DNA of 64,000 nucleotides from Eledone cirrhosa (GCA_964016885.1 OZ024747.1:13950001-14014000), one strand, 5' to 3'. Shown: positions 1 to 12,503, counted from the first letter of the stretch. The notes: a model not told the origin generated them from the sequence alone. Numbers and translations are program-made.

Positions 1-153
1 TTAATGGTTTGTTGGTCCAGTAGATAAGTCATATACTGTATTTTACATTGTATCTACATGGAAAAAATATGTAACTTATGACTATTTATGATATATATAA
101 TTCAAAATGGGGGCCACACAGGACAAAGACAACAGAAAGTCGGGCAGTCCCAT

Positions 154-192
<39 letters not shown>

Positions 193-465
193 GGAGGCAC
201 ATGGCTTAATGGTTAGAGCATTGGCCTTGCAATCGAAAGGTTGTGAGTTCAATTCTCAGACCGGGTGATGTGTTGTTTCCTTGAGCAAGACACTTTATTT
301 CACATTGCTCCAGTTTACTCAGCTGTAGAAATGAGATGCTAGGGACTGGGGTCCATATCATTCCACTGCAAAGTAGTCGTGGAGGTGCCACGGCAAAAAA
401 GCACCCAGCACTCACTGTACCCTTGCAAGCAGGGAAAAAGTGGACATAAAATGAAATGATGATGA
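193..465 (+). mobile_element. tRNA-derived SINE, family 1 (other copies about 20035-20190 +, 22725-23048 -, 36938-37230 +, 42060-42215 -, 44461-44785 -, 46602-46673 -, 53908-54010 -)
   Basis: A box TGGCTTAATGG, B box GAGTTCAATTC, body CCTTGAGCAAGACACTTTATTTCAC, (ATG)n-like tail; near-identical dispersed copies. Confidence 0.85.
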
Positions 466-637
466 TATATACAGCAAATTGACAGTCATCAGAACCTTGG
501 ATTAAAATGCTTTGTGGTATTTGATCCAGCTCTCTGCACTGAGTTCAAATCTGAATAAATATACAGTCTTGTTTTTTGCATTTTTTGTTAATATATGCAT
601 GTATGTAAATATATGTATATTTCATTCTTTAAAATAG

Positions 638-744
638 GACATTGCCACGATTCCAGCAGTGGCCAACCTCCCCGTGGACTGCAGTTTACTCTCGGTGCCA
701 ATAACTCTGCTGCCTTTGTTGATACCATTGTCATGGCAAATTTA
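638..744 (+). CDS. UGGT: UGGT internal exon a (GHCHDSSSGQPPRGLQFTLGANNSAAFVDTIVMANL)
   Basis: AG acceptor 636-637, GTACGT donor 745; QPPRGLQFTLG...DTIVMANL is a recognisable UGGT block. Confidence 0.95.
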
Positions 745-1244
745 GTACGTTCTAGAAATTTTATCATTTTGAAAAAAAATATATTTGTTTTTGCATCATT
801 TGAATTTAATTTAATGAAATTCAATTTATTTTCATTCTAAAAAAAATTACAAAAAATCACACACACCCCACATACACACACACAAAAAAATACTGATTAG
901 GGGTGAGAATTTTATTTCGTTCATTGCTTTTTAAAGAAATTTGAAAATTCTTTTTGCAAAGAAACTTATAAAAAGGGTTGTTGTTAATTCTGTTTAGTAG
1001 GTTAGCTCTGATTAAGTAGATCTATGAAAAAAAGGAGATAAACCTTGACCTGACCATCTCATCTTATACTTGTCCAAGGTTCCACTGTGTGGCATGTTGG
1101 GCAATTGTCTTTTGCTATAGCCTTGGGTTGATCAATATCCTGTGAGTGGAATTTGGTAGATAAGATGGGGTTGTAAATATTGAGGTAACAAACACAGGTG
1201 ATGAAACAAAGAATTGAGTTGGGTGGAGGAAGAAGAAACAAAAA

Positions 1245-1378
1245 CAGAGATAATGTTATCTTGCCTCTGTTTCAGATGTACTGACATTCTCTGAAGTTTC
1301 ATTTGGACCCCTTGACAATGGTTGATACATCCGAAATATAGGGACCTATGAATATTTCCAAAGTAACCTTATCTCTGC
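1245..1378 (+). mobile_element. Decayed Penelope-like pLTR scrap with degenerate hammerhead (1305-1346)
   Basis: GGACCCC-TTGACAA-stem-GAAA-TATA-GGGACC, bracketed by an imperfect inverted repeat CAGAGATAAtGTTA / TAACCTTATCTCTG. Confidence 0.4.
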
Positions 1379-1560
1379 CTGGTTCTTTTCTTTTTTACTT
1401 TTTCTCTTCCTTTTCTTCTCTCTGTTTCTTCATCTGAGTCTTAATATCTTCACCTTATCTGCATTGTATTGGCTTCTTAAACACAACCAATTTTCGTATT
1501 CCACAAGGATTCAACAAACTATAATACTCCCCTGTTTTAATTTAAATAGGAAATCTTTAA

Positions 1561-1781
1561 CCCTTTAGCATTTATATTACTCTATATTTACTATTGTATT
1601 TTCACAGTAAACATTTTATTCCACATAATTATCTCACATAATATTCAATCTATGAGATTTTGATATTATTTATTTTGAGAACTATACCTTAACAGAAGTA
1701 TGAGCAGCTGGTTACAGCTGGTTTGAACAGAAAGAGGTGAGAGAATTCTCCCCGGATATGGCTGGTTTAAATGCTAAAGGG
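1561..1781. mobile_element. piggyBac-type MITE (other copies 3187-3406 and 40049-40269, opposite orientation)
   Basis: TTAA|CCCTTTAGCATTTA ... TAAATGCTAAAGGG|TT(A/G)A termini; shared interior in 3 copies. Confidence 0.75.
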
Positions 1782-1966
1782 TTGAAATAACTCTTTAAAA
1801 TGGGTGTTTTTGTTTCATAAAACCAGGGGCAGTTTGGGGTGAGTTGGTATCAAAAGAGTTAAATATCTTACAACTCCCTGCTGACCATTTGTTTACTTAA
1901 TTACACTCATGCTGCATAAATATAATTCTTATCACTGTTTTTCTTTTTTCTTTCTCATTTTAATAG

Positions 1967-2052
1967 GGCTATTTTCAGTTGAAAGCCTATCCTGGAGTTT
2001 GGCTTTTAAAACTTAGAGAGGGACGTTCTTTAGATATTTATGAAATCCTAAA
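1967..2052 (+). CDS. UGGT: UGGT exon b (GYFQLKAYPGVWLLKLREGRSLDIYEIL)
   Basis: Polypyrimidine tract+TAG acceptor, GTAAGT donor; continues in frame from exon a (ANL|GYFQLKA). Confidence 0.95.
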
Positions 2053-3480
2053 GTAAGTGAAATATTATAATATTTTCTTATTGTTTAATGTTGTCCTCTA
2101 CAAAACTGGTTACTAACATTATTCTATAAGTTAGAACACACGATCTTAGATCATGTCTCTTACCAAACAGCTATAAACTATTACGGCTGTCACTCACAAT
2201 CAAATATGATCTGGTAATATGTACCAGACTCGGGGTTTTAGGTGTCCATGTAAACCCCGTTTTGATCCAGCAAAACATCCAGGCTATGACAGCTGGAAGG
2301 AGAGAAGGCTACACCAGCACTGGCCTGGTTCTTTCTTTATCGACCCCAAAATGATGAAAAGTAAAGTGGACCTCTGTGAAATTGGAACACAAAACACAGA
2401 GAACTGGAGTAAATATCAAACGCTCTGTCGACAATGTCAAATCGCTCATCTTGCCGAACAACTAGGACTCGGAAAAAAATAACATTAGCACATTTTACGA
2501 AAAGATTTATTGCTTATAAATTAATCAGGTTATCTCCCCTGAAATAATTCTTGCGTTCAATGCAAGATTAGCCTCTTTTTTGAAGGAGGATATTTGTTAA
2601 CTAGAGACGCATTGCCACATTCCTTTATTGTTTTTTACCAGTACAAAGTAACAATCCACAAATCCACCAGCATGAATCCATTAGCTCTACTTAGGGATTG
2701 GTTTTACATCTACTTTCATGGTATGAAACAAATGGTAGATAAAAGTTTCCTTATACTAAGTAAGCAATCTATAGCAGTCTATAGCAGGAAACATTATCTC
2801 AGATTAACAGCTACCTACTGTCAATAGTTTAACCATTTAGAGTAAAATGTTCCCCCAAGAAATATGACAGAGTTTGGAGAGGGTTTAAACTCACTGATGG
2901 TTGGTAGTTGGTAGTTCAGTAATTGGTAAGGTTGTTGGAGCATTGAACAAAATATCTTATAGTATTTTTTCTTGCTTTATGTACTCATCCTCCAAATCTT
3001 ACCGAGGCAAATTTTTGTCATCATTATCATCACCATTTTATGCCTATTTTTCCATGTTTGCATAGGTTAGATGGGCTGTCATGTTCTAAGACTAGACTGG
3101 TCCAATGACAACGTCGTGCTCATAGATTTCAGTCAGGCATGTTTTCTATGACCAAATTCCCTACCTAATGCCAGCCACTTCTTTAACTCTTTAGCATTTA
3201 AATTGGCTGTTTCTGACCAGAATTCTCTCACCTCTTTCTGCTCAAACCAGCCGTAACTAGCCACTCATACTGATGATAAGGTATTGTTCGCAAAATGAAT
3301 AACATCTGAATCTCATAGATTTGATATTATATGAGATATTATGTAACATAAAGCATTTACTGTAAAAATACAATAGTATGTATAGAGTAATGTAAATGCT
3401 AAAGGGTTAATATATTAATAAAAAAACTGAAATGTACCAAAATTAAGACAATTATTATTATTTTAAAAAATTTTTTGCAG

Positions 3481-3565
3481 CCATGAAATGACAGACACGC
3501 CAGCTGGAGCTAAAGATATAGTTGTTGCTATCAACAGTTTCAAGAGTAAAACTATTCGCATTAAG
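3481..3565 (+). CDS. UGGT: UGGT exon c (HEMTDTPAGAKDIVVAINSFKSKTIRIK)
   Basis: TTTTTGCAG acceptor, GTGAGT donor, phase 2 to phase 0; similar to UGGT H..TD.P....V..V.N.FKSK.I..K. Confidence 0.93.
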
Positions 3566-5405
3566 GTGAGTGAAATAATAGCTTTTACTGCAAAGGGTTT
3601 CACATGCAGGCAGGGTCAGAGGGGGTCAGGGTCAGGATCAGGTGGTCCAGTTGGTACGGGCCTACAAATTTGATGGGGTAGCTGGGTGGCAACTTGCTCA
3701 CATTCTAATTCTTTTTATATATTTTGTTACTTGTAAATCCATCATGTACACATGTACATCTATATAGCTGTGATCCATACATATAGATCCATCATATACA
3801 CAATATGTACGTCTATATGCCTGTAATCCATATATAAATGATATGTATTTAATATTGATTGTTACAATACTTTACGGGCATTTTGAAATGAGCCTACAAA
3901 AGGTTGGAAGAACTCTTTAGCTGTGTCAAAGACATGGCGTCCTCCTTAGTGTTGTTGATTTACACAATAAACACCCCCAGTACACTCTGTAAAGTGGTTG
4001 GTGATAAAAAGAGCATCCAGCTGTAAAAAACCTGCCAAGCAAAGGGTTGGGAGGACTACAGCTGCGTCAAATACATGACAATCACTTCAGTGCTGGTGTC
4101 ATGATAAAAGTGCCCTCACTAGAGGGCAAGAATGTATGTAAGTGATATGTAGGCCCACAGCCTATCTGAGAGGTCAATAGCTCTGCTTAAGTATTTACTC
4201 AATCTGTGAAGGACCTCCATCCCTTGCTAGCAGGGAAGACGTTAAATGAGGATGATGAATATTAGTTAAAGATTCATCATCATCATCTAACATCTATCTT
4301 CCACGCTAGCATGGGTTTAGACGGGAATTGTCCCACATGAGGCAAGATTGGTTGTCTGGCGGGTTTTCTACGGCTGGATGCCCTTCCTAACACCAACCAC
4401 GTTTACAGTATGGACTGTTTAGATTTTAAGTTATATCTAGTGGGATATAGTTTATGTGGTCTGAAGTTGGGTCTACTAGACTGACTTGTTCTTTAACCAG
4501 CTAAATAATACAATGTCTTTTTGTTGATCCAAACAGTGGTTCTTAACATGTTAAGTCACTAATTTGACTTAAGTTTATATTTGAATTTTACTCTGGAGTT
4601 ATTTCCCTTGAAAGCTATAAGTAATTTTGACATCGTAACGGAGTTAATATTCTGAATCAAGGTTTCATCATCATCATCATCCTCATCATATTTATGTCCA
4701 CGTTTCCATGCTGATATGGGTTGAATGAGACTGTTTTACAGCCAGATGTCGATGTATTTCCTGACGCCATCTTTTTCAGTCACCTCACATGGATATGGTG
4801 CATCTATTCTAAAAACCAGGATACACCCAGCAATATTTAAATAAATATTTGATCATATATAGTAGACGATTGTTTTATCATCATCATCATTTTTACGTCC
4901 TTTTTTCTGCCCGTGCATGGGTTGTACTAGTCCTCAGTGCAGCATCTCTTCACTCACTGCATTCCTTCGTCATGTCCTCTATGAGACTCAGCGATTTGAA
5001 GCCAGCTCTCACAACCGCTGCCCTGGTCTACCTCTACTGCAGAATCTTTCCATTTTTTGTAAAAATATTAATAAGCCTGTCATATGTTAAACACAACAAC
5101 AAAAACCTCTTAATCTTTCATTACCATATTGCTAATGAAAGACACTCAATAGTTTTAAAATAATTTTGAAAATAATCAAGCATATGGAGAGATTTAGTAA
5201 TATATTCAACTCATTATATTATTATTAAGTTAGTATTAGGAGAAAAACTTCAGAAAGGTTCTTACATAAAACTGTGATGGAAGGTTTTAGATTGATATAA
5301 ACACTTTAAGATAAACAGATTTATATAATAAAATCAGAGGCACTTTCAAGTGGTTTGGTATAAAAAAGGGTTAATGTTCTGTTTTTTTTATTCTTTTAAA
5401 ATTAG

Positions 5406-5491
5406 GTTGCCAAAAAATCTGATAAGGTCAATGAAGAACTCCTGAAAGATGATGAAGATGAGAGCATGGGGATTTGGGATTCTATATCAAG
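5406..5491 (+). CDS. UGGT: UGGT exon d (VAKKSDKVNEELLKDDEDESMGIWDSIS), GC donor
   Basis: TAG acceptor; V.KK.D..NE.LL.D....G.WDS linker; frame is kept with an AG|GCAAGT donor. Confidence 0.88.
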
Positions 5492-5659
5492 GCAAGTATC
5501 TTTTATTAACTCTACCCCTCACTTTCATCATCATCATCATCACTGTTTAGTATCTTTTTTCCATGCTTACGTGGTTAAACTGGCTGCCATGTTATGTTCC
5601 AGACAAGTCTTGCTCATGCAATACCAAAATTCTGAAGACAAAACTATATATATATATAC

Positions 5660-5840
5660 ATGACTGTTGGGTGAAGAAGTGCCAAGAAATCCCAGTGGAA
5701 GGAAGAAACAGTAGAGGAAGACCACGAAAAACATGGGTGGAGGTGGTGAGAGCTGACCTCAGATTGCTGAAGCTCACAGAGGAGATGATGAAGGACCACG
5801 ATGGATGGAGAGATGCTGTACTGAAAAATACCCGTCCCAC
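5660..5840 (+). mobile_element. RTE-clade LINE 3' fragment (related pieces about 4930-5040 -, 15400-15603 -, 16111-16410 -, 23700-23815 -, 35581-35940 -)
   Basis: Translates to ..VEGRNSRGRPRKTW.EVV..DL..L.L......D...WR, the typical RTE C-terminus; the 16111 and 35581 pieces include the RL.(W/Y)YGHV motif. Confidence 0.75.
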
Positions 5841-6047
5841 TCTTGCAGGCAAGGAAGAGTGGGCTTAAAATGATGATGATGATGATATATATATATATAT
5901 ATATGTATACATATATATATATATATACACACATTTGCACATACACACACACACACATATATATAGTTTAACTCATTCTAGCGTGGAAATATGGACGTTA
6001 AACAGTGATGATAATGATGGTATAGGTATATGTGTGTGTGTGTGCAT

Positions 6048-6248
6048 GTACTTAAATGGAACCCACAGGGAAGCAGACGGAGAGGGCGACCCAAAATGAA
6101 CTGGCGCCAGACAGTTGAGAGGGACCTGCAAGCGACAAACAGACAATGGCGGGACGCTGTGCAACTGGCTGCTGACCGAACGCGGTGGAACACTACGATT
6201 GCCTCATGCGTCGCAAGACGCGGGAGCTTCTGAGTCTGAGTCTGAGTG
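6048..6248 (+). mobile_element. Second RTE-clade LINE 3' end with (CTGAGT)n tail
   Basis: LKWNPQGSRRRGRPKMNWRQTVERDL...A.DR..W followed by a short repeat tail. Confidence 0.75.
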
Positions 6249-6468
6249 CATGTATGAAAAAAAAGATCGACAAGAAGAGGGGTCTATATATAGAACTAAT
6301 ATTTATTTATTATGATTTATATATGTGGTAATTTATTGCAACCAAAGGTTTCATGAACTAACAAGCCTGTACAAATGTAAACTATGTTATTCAAATTATC
6401 TGATACATGTGCAATTAAATGGCTGATATATATAATTATATAATTATATAATTTATTTCTATTTTCAG

Positions 6469-6567
6469 TTCTTTTGGTGGAGGTAAGAAAGAGAAGAAAG
6501 AAGATAAAGATTCAACATTAAACATATTTTCTCTAGCATCGGGGCATCTCTATGAGCGATTCCTACG
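6469..6567 (+). CDS. UGGT: UGGT exon e (SFGGGKKEKKEDKDSTLNIFSLASGHLYERFL), start of GT24 domain
   Basis: TTTTCAG acceptor, GTTAGT donor; NIFSxASGHLYERFL signature. Confidence 0.96.
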
Positions 6568-6799
6568 GTTAGTAGAATTAGTCTTACATTTTTTTCATCT
6601 GGTTTGATTCTTATTTTTTTTCAATTGCAGCCATGTTAGGGTTCTTCCTTGAAGAGGTTTACTTAAATATGTAGATACTATTTCCCTGCTATAAAACATA
6701 ACTATATCGGTTGGCTTCAGGAAATGCACCCAGCCACAAAACTCTGAAAACTTTCATCCAACCTGTTACAGCATACAAAATTTGATGAAGTAATGATGA

Positions 6800-7345
6800 T
6801 GCTGCTGCTGTTGTTGCTGCCACTGCTCCAGCTGCTTCTGCTCTTGCTGCTGTTGCTGCCACTGCTCCAGCTGCTTCTGCTCTTGCTGCTGTTGCTGCCA
6901 CTGCTCCAGCTGCTTCTGCTCTTGCTGCTGTTGCTTCCACTGCTCCAGCTGCTTCTGCTCTTGCTGCTGTTGCTGGCACTGCTCCAGCTGCTTCTGCTCT
7001 TGCTGTTGTTGCTTCCACTACTCCAGCTGCTTCTGCTCTTGCTGCTGTTGCTGCCACTGCTCCAGCTGCTTCTGCTCTTGCTGCTGTTGCTTCCACTGCT
7101 CCAGCTGCTTCTGCTCTTGCTGCTGTTGCTGCCACTGCTGCTGTTGCTGCCACTGCTCCAGCTGCTTCTGCTCTTGCTGCTGTTGCTGGCACTGCTCCAG
7201 CTGCTTCTGCTCTTGCTGTTGTTGCTTCCACTGCTCCAGCTGCTTCTGCTCTTGCTGTTGTTGCTTCCACTGCTCCAGCTGCTTCTGCTCTTGCTGCTGT
7301 TGCTGCCACTGCTCCAGCTGCTTCTGCTCTTGCTGCTGTTGCTGT
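6800..7345. repeat. 39-bp minisatellite GCTGCTGTTGCTGCCACTGCTCCAGCTGCTTCTGCTCTT, about 14 copies
   Basis: Direct tandem repeat built from GCT triplets. Confidence 0.9.
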
Positions 7346-8099
7346 TTCAGTTGCTGCTTTAGCTGTCACTGCTGCTGTTGATGATATCAGCTCCTGCACC
7401 TTTCTCCTATACTTTCTATTTAGTATAAAGGGATGCAACTCCGATTAACTACCACAAGCCCACATTTATCACCCATCCTTTGCCAATTATTATATACATA
7501 TTTGACATGATTCTACACAGTCTGGTCAGCCTGTTTGACTTACAGAGCACAGGTCAACCCAAAGGTGGAGCTCACTGAGATCAAACTAGGGTCTGTGTGG
7601 TTACGAAAGCGGTCAGCTACACCTGTGCTCTGTGTAAGCAAATGAGGGAGCCTCTGTGTTGTTGCTCATGCAAGAAACTGCAGCTAAATTTACCTCAAAT
7701 CACACCCTACCATCTTAGAAAAACATCTGTTTCATAACGTGATCTTTAACGGGGTGGTCTCTGGCTGGATTGCATTTGATCATAAGTCTTCTTCTTCATT
7801 GAGGCTGCCCAGGAGCGAAACAACATAATCATTCAACATGCACCTGAGCACTGTACACAATAATTTTCAGAGTGTCGGACGCCATGCTTTCTAGCATAGA
7901 GTTATGGGCCTTTGTTATCTGAGTTCAAATCCCGTCGAGGTTAATTTTGCCTTTTATCCTTATGGGGTCGATAAAATAAAGTACCAGTAATGTACTGGGT
8001 CATTGCTGACCTTGTGCCAAAAGTAAAAACAATTATTATTATTACATATATATATATTTGTTTTTCCTGCAATCAAAGGGGTGTACAGGTCATCACAGA

Positions 8100-10289
8100 G
8101 TGAAGTTACTGACCTCACAGATTGAGTCAGTACTCAAGTGAAGTTACTGTCCTCACAGATTGAGTCTGTACTCAAGTGAAGTTATTGACCTCACAGATTG
8201 AGTCTGTACTCAAGTGAAGTTATTGACCTCACAGATTGAGTCAGTACTCAAGTGAAGTTATTGACCTCACAGATTGAGTCTGTACTCAAGTGAAGTTACT
8301 GACCTCACAGATTGAGTCTGTACTCAAGTGAAGTTACTGACCTCACAGATTGAGTCAGTACTCAAGTGAAGTTACTGACCTCACAGATTGAGTCAGTACT
8401 CAAGTGAAGTTACTGACCTCACAGATTGAGTTAGTACTCAAGTGAAGTTACTGACCTCACAGATTGAGTTAGTACTCAAGTGAAGTTACTGACCTCACAG
8501 ATTGAGTCAGTACTCAAGTGAAGTTACTGACCTCACAGATTGAGTTAGTACTCAAGTGAAGTTACTGACCTCACAGATTGAGTCAGTACTCAAGTGAAGT
8601 TACTGACCTCACAGAGTGAGTCAGTACTCAAGTGAAGTTACTGACCTCACAGATTGAGTTAGTACTCAAGTGAAGTTACTGACCTCACAGAGTGAGTCAG
8701 TACTCAAGTGAAGTTACTGACCTCACAGATTGAGTTAGTACTCAAGTGAAGTTACTGACCTCACAGATTGAGTCAGTACTCAAGTGAAGTTACTGACCTC
8801 ACAGATTGAGTTAGTACTCATTTGAAGTTACTGACCTCACAGATTGAGTCAGTACTCAAGTGAAGTTACTGACCTCACAGAGTGAGTCAGTACTGAAGTG
8901 AAGTTACTGACCTCACAGATTGAGTCTGTACTCAAGTGAAGTTACTGACCTCACAGATTGAGTTAGTACTCAAGTGAAGTTACTGACCTCACAGAGTGAG
9001 TCAGTACTCAAGTGAAGTTACTGACCTCACAGAGTGAGTCTGTACTCAAGTGAAGTTACTGACCTCACAGAGTGAGTCTGTACTCAAGTGAAGTTACTGA
9101 CCTCACAAATTGAGTCAGTACTCAAGTGAAGTTACTGACCTCACAGAGTGAGTCTGTACTCAAGTGAAGTTACTGACCTCACAGAGTGAGTCTGTACTCA
9201 AGTGAAGTTACTGACCTCACAAATTGAGTCAGTACTCAAGTGAAGTTACTGACTTCACAGAGTGAGTCTGTACTCAAGTGAAGTTACTGACCTCACAGAG
9301 TGAGTCAGTACTCAAGTGAAGTTACTGACCTCACAAATTGAGTCAGTACTCAAGAGAAGTTACTGACCTCACAGATTGAGTTAATACTCAAGTGAAGTTA
9401 CTGACCTCACAGATTGAGTCAGTACTCAAGTGAAGTTACTGACCTCACAGAGTGAGTCTGTACTCAAGTGAAGTTACTGACCTCACAGAGTGAGTCTGTA
9501 CTCAAGTGAAGTTATTGACCTCACAGATTGAGTCTGTACTCAAGTGAAGTTACTGACCTCACAGATTGAGTCTGTACTCAAGTGAAGTTACTGACCTCAC
9601 AGATTGAGTCTGTACTCAAGTGAAGTTACTGACCTCACAGATTGAGTCAGTACTCAAGTGAAGTTACTGACCTCACAGATTGAGTTAGTACTCAAGTGAA
9701 GTTACTGACCTCACAGATTGAGTCAGTACTCAAGTGAAGTTACTGACCTCACAGATTGAGTTAGTACTCAAGTGAAGTTACTGACCTCACAGATTGAGTC
9801 GGTACTCAAGTGAAGTTACTGACCTCACAGATTGAGTTAGTACTCAAGTGAAGTTACTGACCTCACAGATTGAGTTAGTACTCAAGTGAAGTTACTGACC
9901 TCACAGATTGAGTCAGTACTCAAGTGAAGTTACTGACCTCACAGAGTGAGTCAGTACTCAAGTGAAGTTACTGACCTCACAGATTGAGTCAGTACTCAAG
10001 TGAAGTTACTGACCTCACAGATTGAGTCAGTACTCAAGTAAAGTTACTGACCTCACAGATTGAGTCAGTACTCAAGTAAAGTTACTGACCTCACAGAGTG
10101 AGTCTGTACTCAAGTGAAGTTACTGACCTCACAGAGTGAGTCTGTACTCAAGTGAAGTTACTGACCTCACAGAGTGAGTCTGTACTCAAGTGAAGTTACT
10201 GACCTCACAGAGTGAGTCAGTACTCAAGTGAAGTTACTGACCTCACAGAGTGAGTCTGTACTCAAGTGAAGTTACTGACCTCACAGAGA
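8100..10289. repeat. 38-bp minisatellite GTGAAGTTACTGACCTCACAGATTGAGTCAGTACTCAA, about 57 copies
   Basis: Period 38 (8100, 8138, ...), few variant positions, no spacers. Confidence 0.97.
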
Positions 10290-10513
10290 AGCCAGCAGTC
10301 TACCTCTGTCTTACATCTGTTCCCACTGTCTTTTGTGTGCATGTTATAACACTTATGCTAGGGAGGTTCTCATATCTTTGATATATCATCAACCAGTCTA
10401 TATGAGCTGCTGAAAGTGAGTCTCGTGGAGATAGGGTCTCTAAAATCAGTTGATAAACATAAATAAGATAAGTCGCCCATTTCAATCCCAAAAGGGGAGG
10501 GGAGCCTGTATAT

Positions 10514-12503
10514 AATAATAATGAAATAATAATAATAATGAAATTATTGTGTGCAGTGCTCAGGTGCACTACAACTCATCAAAGGTGCATGTATAGTACA
10601 TAGAATAATGTACGAATGTCAGGAAAATGAACAGTGTACGAGTTATGAAATACATGTGTGCGTGCGTATAGAGGAGTGGGGGGGGGGGGCATCAGGTGTA
10701 GTGTGGCGAATCTAAGGAAGCATGGAGGTTTTAAAGGATGCAGTGTCTCGACAGCTAACAACTGATGCAGGTAGTTTGTTCCATGGAGGTTTTAAAGGAT
10801 GCAGAGTCTCGACAGCTAATAACTGATGCAGGTAGTTTGTTCCATGGAGGTTTTAAAGGATGCAGAGTCTCGACAGCTAACAACTGATGCAGGTAGTTTG
10901 TTTCATGGAGGTTTTAAAGGATGCAGAGTCTTGACAGCTAACAACTGATGCAGGTAGTTTGTTTCATGGAGATTTTAAAGGATGCAGTGTCTCGACAGCT
11001 AACAACTGATGCAGGTAGTTTGTTCCATGGAGGTTTTAAAGGATGCAGAGTCTCGACAGCTAATAACTGATGCAGGTAGTTTGTTCCATGGAGGTTTTAA
11101 AGGATGCAGAGTCTCGACAGCTAATAACTGATGCAGGTAGTTTGTTCCATGGAGGTTTTAAAGGATGCAGAGTCTCGACAGCTAATAACTGATGCAGGTA
11201 GTTTGTTCCATGGAGGTTTTAAAGGATGCAGAGTCTCGACAGCTAATAACTGATGCAGGTAGTTTGTTCCATGGAGGTTTTAAAGGATGCAGAGTCTCGA
11301 CAGCTAATAACTGATGCAGGTAGTTTGTTTCATGGAGATTTTAAAGGATGCAGAGTCTCGACAGCTAATAACTGATGCAGGTAGTTTGTTCCATGGAGGT
11401 TTTAAAGGATGCAGAGTCTCGACAGCTAACAACTGATGCAGGTAGTTTGTTCCATGGAGGTTTTAAAGGATGCAGTGTCTCGACAGCTAATAACTGATGC
11501 AGGTAGTTTGTTCCATGGAGGTTTTAAAGGATGCAGTGTCTCGACAGCTAACAACTGATGCAGGTAGTTTGTTCCATGGAGATTTTAAAGGATGCAGTGT
11601 CTCGACAGCTAACAACTGATGCAGGTAGTTTGTTCCATGGAGGTTTTAAAGGATGCAGTGTCTCGACAGCTAATAACTGATGCAGGTAGTTTGTTCCATG
11701 GAGGTTTTAAAGGATGCAGAGTCTCGACAGCTAATAACTGATGCAGGTAGTTTGTTCCATGGAGGTTTTAAAGGATGCAGAGTCTCGACAGCTAACAACT
11801 GATGCAGGTAGTTTGTTCCATGGAGGTTTTAAAGGATGCAGTGTCTCGACAGCTAATAACTGATGCAGGTAGTTTGTTCCATGGAGGTTTTAAAGGATGC
11901 AGAGTCTCGACAGCTAATAACTGATGCAGGTAGTTTGTTTCATGGAGGTTTTAAAGGATGCAGAGTCTCGACAGCTAATAACTGATGCAGGTAGTTTGTT
12001 CCATGGAGGTTTTAAAGGATGCAGAGTCTCGACAGCTAATAACTGATGCAGGTAGTTTGTTCCATGGAGGTTTTAAAGGATGCAGAGTCTCGACAGCTAA
12101 TAACTGATGCAGGTAGTTTGTTTCATGGAGGTTTTAAAGGATGCAGAGTCTCGACAGCTAATAACTGATGCAGGTAGTTTGTTTCATGGAGGTTTTAAAG
12201 GATGCAGAGTCTCGACAGCTAATAACTGATGCAGGTAGTTTGTTCCATGGAGGTTTTAAAGGATGCAGAGTCTCGACAGCTAATAACTGATGCAGGTAGT
12301 TTGTTTCATGGAGGTTTTAAAGGATGCAGAGTCACGACAGCTAATAACTGATGCAGGTACTTTGTTCCATGCTTCAACACCGAGCGGGAAAAAATGTTTC
12401 CGAAGTCATGGGAGCTGTGGTGTTTTCTGACTTTTTAGACACATGGAAATCAAAAAGGTGCTCAGGGTTGTTCTTGGCAAGATGGTTAATAATTTTGTGG
12501 GTG
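10514..12503 (-). mobile_element. CR1/L2-type LINE 3' fragment with internal 61-bp tandem amplification
   Basis: Flanks match the 3' end of the 26026-29445 family; (TAA)n tail at 10514-10540. Confidence 0.9.
10721..12370. repeat. 61-bp minisatellite derived from the LINE ORF2 3' end, about 27 copies
   Basis: CATGGAGGTTTTAAAGGATGCAG(T/A)GTCTCGACAGCTAA(C/T)AACTGATGCAGGTAGTTTGTTC repeated with period 61. Confidence 0.96.

Noticed and set aside
193-270. Genuine tRNA-Cys gene (TTGCAAT loop)
   Set aside because: Stems pair poorly and it continues into a SINE body present in many copies
8100-10289. CRISPR-like array (38-bp partly palindromic repeats)
   Set aside because: Units are head-to-tail with no unique spacers, there are no cas genes, and the context is a eukaryotic intron
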